Source of the DNA: Bugula neritina | Taxonomy: Eukaryota; Animalia; Bryozoa | NCBI GenBank assembly: GCA_964035545.1 | Contig: OZ037767.1 | Location: 16,610,581-16,674,580, forward strand | Length of the DNA: 64,000 nucleotides | Direction: 5' to 3' | Shown here: positions 49,901 through 60,343 of the stretch, piece after piece | Layout: each line of letters begins with the position of its first letter | Position numbering within the stretch: position 1 is the stretch's first letter | Position numbers and translations under genes: made by a program | The notes under the pieces: generated by a model | Told to the model about the DNA's origin: nothing | What the model saw: the letters and a program-made list of their open reading frames with translations, nothing else | The model's database searches: none

Positions 49901-52054
49901 AACTATTTCTAAAACCGTAACTAATTGAAATTGTAATTTTTTCAAGTATAAAAATCAAGTCCTAGCTTAGTATACATTTTTAATGCTAATCTGGCATAGG
50001 ATTTCTATACATCTAAAAGAATATTTTTAACCGCTGATGTTTTTGGGCAAGTAAGCATTGTTATAATTGGTTCTTGCAGGTGACAGAGGAGTAAAAGGTT
50101 TAACTGGTGTTAAAGGAGCTCAGGGTGCTACTGGAAGTAAGGGAGATAGAGGAATAGCAGGTGTAAAAGGTGCGCCTGGAAGTGTTGGAAGTCCAGGTTT
50201 GAGAGGAACACCTGGAATTAATGGCATACCTGGTGCTAAAGGTGCAAAAGGTGCTTCTGGTAGTGTTGGTAGACCCGGTGCTAAAGGTGCTACAGGTACT
50301 CCCGGTGTTAAAGGTGCAAAGGGAGTTCCTGGACTCAAAGGAGCGTCAGGTATAAACATTATGCATGTGGGTCGCCATGAGATTCTATATTCAAAGTAAT
50401 ATTTTAGTAACAGCCTAATGTAATATTGAAACACTCTTTCCTAATATGTATTGCAACGTTAGAAATTTTCACACACGCTGTTTATTGTAGGAGAGAATCG
50501 CACAGTTGAAGATATATTGGAAGGGATTTTTGGTGGTAAGTATTTATCTATAAGTCTAGTTTCTTAATAGTTTATATTCATGTTCTTTAATAGTTGATAG
50601 TCTTGTTCACTAATAGTTGATAGTCTGGTTCTTTAAAAATTGGTAGTCTTGTTCCCTAATAGTTGACAGTATTGTTCCCTAATGGTTGATAGTATTGTTC
50701 TTTACTAGCTGGCAAAAGAATGGCCTGCAGTGCTTTAGTTCCCTAATGGTTTATCTAATGTTTTAAAACTACAATTACTCTAATAAACAATCAGTAGTTT
50801 GGAAACTATATGATGCAAATTTGAAAAAGTTGAAGTAACTAAACTTTACTCAATTGGCAATAGTAAAATTGAAGTATATAATTATTGTGTTTGTTCAATC
50901 TTATACCAATTGCTCATATCTCACAGGATTCACCAATTTATGTGTTTTTAAGGGGAAGTTTTTCAGATCGGCACGACTTATTATAGTTATCATGAATCTC
51001 CTGAGAGAACTTGGCAAGATGCCAAAACCTTCTGCATTCAAAAAGGAGGTGGAAAACTCGCACAGTTACCAACTTCAAGTACAGAACGTCAAAGTTTGTC
51101 TAACAAGCTGAGATGTGTTGCAGGTGTGTACAAATCATAGCACTACATACACTTTCACTGAGTCTAACATCCTTGAGTTGAGTCCAACTACTTTGATTAT
51201 CTGATAAACAGAAGTAAAGCATCTGATAAACACTAGAAGTTCAGTTTCTATCACCAATTATTTCGCTTTTCAGTACAGAATAGGTGGTACTGTTGATGTA
51301 GCGTTATTTCTGTAGCATTCAAATTTTCTAATACGATTATTTAAGTTATTATATAATATACATATATTTTATAATAATGAAGGTGTAAAAGCAACACAAG
51401 CAAAGCATCAGTTGACAGTTTAAGTTGAGTGTTAACATTACTGGATATAGCTGATTTATCTATAATTCTTATTTAAAATAGAAAGTATATTTGCATGGCT
51501 TTGTGTTAGGTTAGAAGTTGCGTTATTTGAGTAGGTACATTTCATAATTCTATAACATAGTGTTGCTATACTGAAAGTTTGTTGTCATTTGCAGGCGGTT
51601 ATAACCACGTTTGGGTTGGAGCAAGTAGAGTTTATGGCACTTTTAGATGGGATGATGGTAGTTCTATTCCTGACTCTCTCTGGTTTTATGGACAACCAAA
51701 TAATTTTGGTAAGGTTTTCTCTGTACATTACTTTGTTTATAACAGACATAGATTAGACAGTCTGAGACTAAAGAAAGTTATCTTGCCTTGTTACTGCACC
51801 AGATAAACCTGTCATAATTATATATAAGAAACCATCATAATATAGCATAGAGTACAATCTGCTACAAAAAATCAGTCAACTTTTTCTTGCTGAATCACCG
51901 ATGCTCTTAGTAAACTATTGCCCAATAATAACTGATGTCCTTTGTTGTTCTAGGAGGCCAACAGAACTGTGCTGAATTGATGCTCGACTCTGGAAAACTC
52001 AATGATCGTAGATGTGATTCTCTGTGGCCATTTCTCTGTCAAATATCTAGTTAG
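46926..52054 (+). CDS. Copy 7: type II TM collagenous C-type lectin, ~671 aa, apparently intact; closest to copy 2
   Basis: Exons 46926-46928, 48091-48477, 48668-48959, 49070-49702, 50080-50349, 50491-50535, 50953-51123, 51595-51708, 51954-52054. Total 2016 nt, in frame. CTLD motifs QPN / LND. One collagen Gly>Cys at the exon junction 49702. Confidence 0.85.
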
Positions 52055-52211
52055 GAAATGAGTCTACACATTAACCAATCAGCATCCAGTGACAAGCTTA
52101 GAGTAGAGTGAATTTGTTGTACTCTAGAAATATTTGTTATAGACTACATCATACTGTAATATGATATTATCATACTATATCTTACCGTAATATGATAGCA
52201 GTATGTACTAT

Positions 52212-52663
52212 TGTATCGGTTTGTGTTTGTGTCTGGTTGCAAGATATGCTTTAACTGCTAACCAACTTGGCAACGGGTTTTCGAGTTTATTAACTGTCAA
52301 ATCGTACCCTATAAAATGGGAAACATTAGAAATTGTATAAATAAGTAGTCACAATATAAATAAAAATTCAGAGGAACACTACGAATATTACAGAACCAAA
52401 AAAATTGACATGAACTATTATAATTCTAATAAACTTACAATATTGATGCGTGGATAAAAATCTTAGCCATTACAATACCGAAACCGATAGTTTATTCATA
52501 CAAAGAGTGTAAATATGGCGGTTTGATCATGATACACTGACTCATGCAGTACAGTGAATGAACTAGCTCTGCCAGCTAATAGTAGCTTTGGTAAAAGCTT
52601 TTGAAGCTTGAAAGCTTTAATGATTGGCTGCCTGCCAATACTTCTGGGTGGCATACCAATACA
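52212..52663 (-). repeat. 3' LTR
   Basis: Matches 57926-58377; I found one mismatch (52471 T vs 58185 C). Confidence 0.95.
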
Positions 52664-52883
52664 TCGGTGGGGTCGAATTGTTTGGCAGATACTATTCTGA
52701 CAAATATTGATAAATTATGTAAATCAAAACAAACAAACCAAAATAGGACCAGTCACAGACCATGAAATTCTTGCACCAATCCGCTGACCCCTCCGCGCAC
52801 CAGCCCGTCCCCCGAAAAACGGTTGAATGCAAACCTCTCCAGCGACACGAGCGTACACGCGGCCAAGAAGGTAGATCAGTCAT

Positions 52884-55800
52884 TTATGGGTTCACTTCGG
52901 TTAATAAAGCCAACCTATGCACGCTGCGGGTTATGATAGTGTCTTTACAGCCTACATAGTGCCTCAGTTTCCCCGCTACCTTATAGTTTTTGTAGGAAAG
53001 GGCTACTTTCCTTACTATGCCATCCTTGCTCGGATATACTTGATGTACTCGAGCTAGTTTATACTGATTACGCAGCTGATTTGGATCCATAACAACTACA
53101 ACATCTCCCACCTGAAAGTTTCGTCTTGGGGTATGCCACTTTTGGTGATGAATCAGTGTGGGTGCATACAATTCAGTCCACTTCTGCCAGAAGTCATCTG
53201 AGACTGCATTTACCAGAGCCAGTCGCCCCCTTAAGGAGTAGTCTGTATTCCAGTTGCCAGGATTCTTGATGAAGGGTCGTCCAATAAGTTGGCAGTTAGG
53301 TGTTAATATGTTGATCTCGGAGTCTGAATCTGGCAGTAATCCCAATGACCTTTCATTTAGTGTGTTTGCAGCTTCAGTGCAGATTGTGAGAAATTCTGTA
53401 GGTGAAAGCCGGCGGTTGCTCATTGAAAATGTGAAACATCTCTTGACAGCCTTTATGAGTGATTCAGCAGCGCCCTGATACCAGGGGCTGTCACCGGGTC
53501 CAAATTCCCATTGCAATCCATTTTCTGCGCTGGTTTTCTTGATAGAACCTTTGTCCATGCGTCTCTACATATCTTTGAGTTCTTTTTCTGCTCCAGCTAA
53601 CTGTGTTCCAGGATCAGAATAAATCTTGGATGGCCAGCCACGAATGTTGACAAATCGAGTTAATGCCAACAGGAAAGAATCACTGTCATATCCAAAAACT
53701 GCTTCGATGTGTGCTGCTCGTGAACTGATGTCTGTGAATATTACTCCATAAGCTTTGCTCGAAGTTCTAGTCTGTTTTTCTCCTCTCACAATATACGGAC
53801 CAAAAAGATCCATCATTACATTGTTGAACGGCGGTCCGGTTGTTAGTCGTTCTGTAGGTAGACTTCCCATCAGTTGATCAGTAAAGCGAGGTTGTTTGAG
53901 TCGACACATTTGGCATGATGTTACTATGCCCCTAGCAACCTTGGATCCCTGCATAGTCCAAAACTCTTCTCGGAATCTTGCGAGTGTTGCATCTCGGCCA
54001 CGGTGATAGCTGTCTGTGTGTGCCTGCCGCATTGCCAAGTAGGTAAAGTAGTGAGTGGTGGGAAGGATTGATTGCGTGTGCGTTTTAATCGCTGTCATGG
54101 GGTTATGCCTTAGGAGTCTACTGCCTACTATCCATACTCCACTCTCTGTCTTAATGGGGTGAAGTCTTGTATATTTCCCTTTAATCTTGTTCAACTCAGA
54201 ATCTATAGTGTGTTGCACCTGCTTCAGTAAGTAGAGTTTGGTCTGCTGTAGATCTGCCACGGTGACGAGATCAGGTTGGATTCCCTTAAAACTTTTGTAC
54301 TTGAAGATGTTGCGAACTTGAGCTATTGCCCATGTTAGACTCTTGAGGCTGCTGAAATTTTCATATTTAATAAATGATTGTACTTCTGTTGATGTAGTGA
54401 CGGTGTAAACTATTTTCTTCTCTCCAAAGACAACCTCATTCGAGTCAGATGGCGATTTTATATCCCATTGATTCTCTGGCAGATAGAGAAAATTTGGGCC
54501 TCTCCACCATTCACTCTCAGGTCCAATGTCATTGACAGGCTTCCCTCTTGTAAGCCAATCTGCTGTGTTTTCCTTGCCACTTACCCAGTGCCAGCAGCTC
54601 ATATCCCCATTGGTTGCTCCCTGAATTTCTCCGATGCGTACACCCTCGTAAACGTGAAACCTTGTTGACTTCTTTTGGAGCATCTTGAGCACCGTTTCAG
54701 ATTCTATAAGCTGATAAACTTTCTCAAACTCATAGCGCATTTCAGTCTTAATAACTTGTCTGCCTCTCTTTGACCATACGGCCGCATTGAGTTCTAGTTG
54801 AGGAATCTTGAGTTGTTGTTTTATGGGTGCTATACGACTTTTAGCTGTAGCTTTGTTTACCCCTTTAGCAGTCGCTTTAGATTCTGCCCCCTCATTGGCC
54901 GGAACAGGCGTGGATTGTGTGATAGAGGTACTGCTAGTAAACTCATACTTTCTTTTAATCTCTACAGACATGGACATAGAGTCATTGACTTCTAAAGATC
55001 TGTTCAACTGTCCAGAACCGATTTGTCCTGCAGACTCAGTGTCTGGGTCTCCCGGGCTCTGTAAAGGGTCGGAATCATCGGCTGACTCAATCATACCACA
55101 TTCAGTGGCTATAGTATGTGATTCACCACAATTTATAATAGTCTGAGGTCTTGAAAATGACTTTGCAAACTGACTGGGAGATGCGTCGGGACTATTGACA
55201 CTGTAAGTTGGCGTAGAAACTGTAGACAATTCAAAATCACAACTGTTGAGCGTGTCGTTGTGTATGCTTTGAGTGAATTCAACTTCCTCTAACTTCTCAT
55301 GCGCCATGTTAGCCTGTACATGAAAAGATGAGGATGGAAGTGTAGAAAAGTTGCTAAGGGCAGGGTGTGATCCCTGCACACACAGTCCAAAGGGTCCGGA
55401 ATATACATAGAGGTGAGGTCCTGCTTGATCAACTTGGTGTTTTGGATGCAATCCAAGAAGATCGTTACCAATTAGCAGGTCGATGGGTCCCGTCCTCTTC
55501 AATAGCTTGTGAGTATCTACTTTCGGGAAGAGAGATTTGAGGATGTTTGCATCAAGTGGCCTGTTGATAGCCCCTGTGAGTTTCCGAAGGCTGTAAGCTA
55601 AAATTGCAAAGGTCCTTCCCTTTGGAGTTTGTAACTTTACTTCGTAAATAGTAGAAGTTTCGCTAACTTCATGTTCACCAAGTGTGTTCATTTCCAAATT
55701 CACCTTATCTATTTGTCGCGCACCCCACGCTTTAGCAGCTCTCTCCGATATGAATGAAGCATTGGATCCGCCGTCAAAGAATACAATAGCTGTATGAGAT

Positions 55801-57902
55801 GTACCCACTACTTGAGCCTGCTGAATGGCAAATACTGTAGTATTTCCTGGATGATTGTGCGCTCCATGATTGGGAGACACACGGACCGTGGTGCTAACAG
55901 CAGACGCTTCAGAATTCTCATTACTCTTGTGCTTAATTTGACCAGCTTTTACTTTATTCTTGTTGGTATTACAATTGGTATGTGTATTAGTTTCAGCTGA
56001 TTTGATACACAATAATACATGGTGGGTTGTTTTATCACAGACTGGACAAGGGGTTCGGAAATTTGGACAGCACTTGGGCTCATGGGCACCCAAGCACCTA
56101 GCACATAGAGAATTAGTTTTTATTAACTTGTATCTTTCATCTACAGACAACGCCAAGAAATTTCTGCACTCAACAAGACAATGACGCTCACTGCGATGAA
56201 TAAAACAGTAATTCTCACTATCAATGGTTTTGCTATTATTAGTAGACCTGTTACTACTAGACTTTGGGCCACTGCTTTCAGTGTGGAACGCTTTCACCTT
56301 CTGTTTACGCATACTGGAGGACTGCGGGTTTAGAGTTTCTATGCGTCTGAGGGCTATCTGCCGTTCCTGCTCTAGAAACCTCATGAGGTGTGGGAATGGC
56401 TTGATTCTCTCCTCGTGAGTAAGTGAGTGAAAGTGTCTATCCCAGTCCCGTCTAATGCTTGTAGGTAATAGGTTTGCAAGAGTGTCGACTTGTGGCAGCG
56501 TAACAGTTTGCAAAAGTCCCACTTCACCGAGTTGGCTGTACGAACTTTCCACTGCATTGGCCATTTTGACGAGTTCTCGTGCATCTCCTTCTTTTACTGG
56601 CTTTAGTTCTTGTAGATTGCTGAAGACTGCTTGCACACTCATGCTAGGATCATTGTAGACCTCTTCTAATCTACACATCATTCTCTCGTAAGCTTGAGGC
56701 TGAGTTGCGAAGATTGGCTGAACCATCTCCAGAGCTTCGCCTGTGAGAAATTTTTTCAATTCACAAGCCCTATCGACATCATCGTAAAACATAGTAGCAT
56801 ACCTTAGCCACACTGACCTAAATTCCGGCCAATGGTATCTAGTGCCGTTAAATGGCCTGGGTTGTGAATGAGTTTTATGTATAGATGAATTAAAGTTATT
56901 TCCACCTGTATGTCTAGAGTCATAACTTATTTGAGTTGTCCCATTAGGGTAGCTATCATATGCATTGACAACAGAGGAAGTTGCGCCGCGAATTAAAGAT
57001 TCAGAATGAGCTGCACGATCAGGACTACCATGTAGATCACGTACTGAGAACGTAGAAGAACGAACATCTCTGACATTGGTACTTGCTATGACACCTGGAT
57101 TTGATGCCAAAGCTTCACCGGATGTGTGATCTTCCCATAGTACCTGCCTATCACTACCGCTTGCTGTGATACCTGGATTTGGTGCAAGAGTAGCCTCATG
57201 TGTGCTAGGCTGTGATCTAGGAGGAAACAACCGACTCGACGCGACCATAGTCGGTGCATGACTCGCGCCGTCTGAAGGTGACCCCCCACCGCTCTCCGCG
57301 AGACCGGACCGGACCACGGACGGATCAGATTCACGATGTTCGAAACTCATGCTCTGTGACTGAGCCCTTGACATAAGAGTAAACTTAAACATACAATAAT
57401 CTAGAGATAAAATAACTTCATCTAGTTCTAATAATAAATCAGAAAAACCTATGGTATCTGCCAAACTTTCTGAAAGAGCTACACATTTCCTATGATGTTC
57501 AGTGATAAGAGTATTGTCAGTACAATCAGTGACTAATCCATTGGCTTTCTTAATCGCTAAAATAAGGCTGTGCTTGATTTTATAGAATTTGCTATGCCAA
57601 GTATTACAGTCAGAAATAGCTTTGTCATAACTAGCCTTTACAGTTTGATAGTACTCTACTGGACTCATCTTATTAACATAAGCAATGTCTTCCATAGACT
57701 CATCTGATGAAACGTATTCCAAAAAGTCATAATGGATAGTTAGAAACTCTTGATATGTAGATTCAAGCTGAGATCGCAGGCATTCCACTTGTGTAGAGTT
57801 GCTACTAGAGATTGCTGATTCTATGAGATTAGTTAGCATTGTTACCTTAGACCTCAGAGTAGTACGTTGCTTCTTGAGATTAACTATGTCCTGTCGGTCC
57901 AT
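52884..57902 (-). pseudogene. BEL/Pao polyprotein (Gag with three Cys/His knuckles, aspartic protease, C-terminal RNase H remnant, integrase) with one in-frame stop
   Basis: Knuckles CFIH..H..C, CARC..H..C, CPVC..H..C; protease FFDGGSNASFI and LLIGND; RNase H remnant AKSRIAP..IPQLEL; integrase H-H-C-C and MDLFGP / YSDPG / AAES. TAG at 53565-53567 is in frame with ORF 52884-53558. No YxDD RT domain. Confidence 0.9.
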
Positions 57903-57925
57903 GTCAGCCTCAGCAATATTGGTAC

Positions 57926-58377
57926 TGTATCGGTTTGTGTTTGTGTCTGGTTGCAAGATATGCTTTAACTGCTAACCAACTTGGCAACGGGTTTTCGAGT
58001 TTATTAACTGTCAAATCGTACCCTATAAAATGGGAAACATTAGAAATTGTATAAATAAGTAGTCACAATATAAATAAAAATTCAGAGGAACACTACGAAT
58101 ATTACAGAACCAAAAAAATTGACATGAACTATTATAATTCTAATAAACTTACAATATTGATGCGTGGATAAAAATCTTAGCCATCACAATACCGAAACCG
58201 ATAGTTTATTCATACAAAGAGTGTAAATATGGCGGTTTGATCATGATACACTGACTCATGCAGTACAGTGAATGAACTAGCTCTGCCAGCTAATAGTAGC
58301 TTTGGTAAAAGCTTTTGAAGCTTGAAAGCTTTAATGATTGGCTGCCTGCCAATACTTCTGGGTGGCATACCAATACA
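57926..58377 (-). repeat. 5' LTR
   Basis: Direct repeat of 52212-52663. Confidence 0.95.
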
Positions 58378-60343
58378 ACTATGTTATACTGCACTATGAT
58401 TCCTATACATATATACCTGACGAATACACAATCTACTTTGAATAAAGTAGGCTGTGCCAGTTTATAATATTTCATCTTAATGAGGTGCTTTAGCTGCTGT
58501 TTTATAAGTATTATTATACATAGTTACAATTATTGAATACAATAACATGTATATCTAGTAAATAACATTTAAAAAATACCTAACTTGCAGCATTATATTA
58601 TCTGTAAATTGCCAAATCAATGAAAAATTTATTGAAATGGAAATTAAAGTGTTCTATTTTATCAACTGTATAACACTCTGAAATAAATAAAAAAACATAT
58701 AATAATTCTACAAGTTTTTGATAGCATAACAAATTGTATATCATTATTAATGGGAAAGTGGTACTATAAGTTCTATATTGAATATTAATGTCTGCTTTTT
58801 GAGTTACTGTTATATAATCACATCTCAACTTATCTGACACCTGCATATGGTGGGAATGTGAAAGAGAGCACCTGCTTTCCCTGTCATTCTGATATATTCT
58901 CATTTACTATAATGACTCATCATTATATCAGCCAATCATATAAGTTTATCATAGATTGTTATTAAATTCTCAAAATACTCTGTTAGTTTGAAATTCCCAA
59001 TATATAATACAGTGTAATTATTATAACACTGAGATAACTCATCTGCTTTTGAATTATTAAAATCTATTACAACTTATAGATTAAATTCTATTCACAATAT
59101 TATTGCCAGGATTAAAACTAAAACACAATTTTTGCTCAAACACTTGTTTCCGGACCTTGAATACTCAAAATAAATAGCTTTGAATATAAACGGAATCTGG
59201 AATCTTCCATTACTAACAAAACAAAAGCCTCCAATAAAAAGACCAAAGGCAAGGATAACATTGGAGTTGACTAATAACAATAGAAGTAGAATTTGGCTAG
59301 TACAGGAAATTAAGACTGTAATTTCCTCTCAAATGGGGGGTTGTCACAAATTATACTTTATAAACTGTATATATATCTCTCTTTTGTTATTTAGCTTACG
59401 CTCATAATTAGTATGGCACACAAGTCTATGCAAGTATTATTGCGCAATAGTTGTTTACATTCTTAGTCACTTTTTATTGGCTAATGAATAGTGCCTATTC
59501 TGCACGAGTCATGCACAGTGTCGAATGTGGTAGTATTTTCTAGACTTATCAATTTAGTATAAAAGCAGATGCTTTACTTGTAAAAGTAGGTTCATTTTCA
59601 TAAGTTCATCTGTGCATATCTTGCTGCAGGAGAAATAAAGCCTACTTATATTTATAACTCTATTTACTCTCAACTGGATTGGCAAGCTGTATGCTACTTG
59701 TCTATACACTTCTGACTACCAGACTTTTCGAAATCGTCACACTACAACCATAGTATTGTGACAATAACTAATGTTTACACAAACTAAATCTAAATATAAA
59801 GCTCCCAGTAAACTTAGTCATGTTATCTACACATCTGTGTAGATCTGTAATTCCAATACTCAAAGGTTATCAATATATTATTTTCTCTGATGAGTTCCTT
59901 TTCAAAATTATAAAATGTCACATTAACTGGGAGTGTATTTCAAATTATAGAAAGAGTGAACTTTGGTTTGAGTAAACCTTTAAAATAATTTAACTTGACT
60001 TTTACTAAAATAAAAGAGCGAATTAAGTTTTAGAAACTAATAATTGGGGGTTGCATTATATAATTATTATAATCTATCATATCAATTATAAAACATATTA
60101 TTCTAAAACTCGCTAAAGTTTTACTATTATTTTCCTTCAACAAAGTGCATTGTTTGCATTATGATACATCGACATACTTTTTAGAACAAAATAAAACTAT
60201 TATCTCTCCCCCCCCCTCTTCTATCCATGTGTTTATATTATATAGAGTTGTATTGCTTTAGTTCAACATATAAACATATAAACCAAAAGACTCAGTTATA
60301 TCTAACAGTTACTCTCACTTTCATCAGAGTGTACAACTTGAAC

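Larger units (their letters stand above)
52212..58377 (-). mobile_element. BEL/Pao LTR retrotransposon, RT-less derivative, recent insertion
   Basis: 452-bp LTRs at 52212-52663 and 57926-58377 (TG..CA). 5-bp TSD ACTAT (52207-52211, 58378-58382). Empty site at ~13577-13581. Internal gag-protease-partial RNase H-integrase. Confidence 0.95.

Noticed and set aside
57903-57956. Polyprotein start at 57956 as given in the ORF track
   Set aside because: That start is a non-ATG codon inside the LTR; the first ATG is at 57902.
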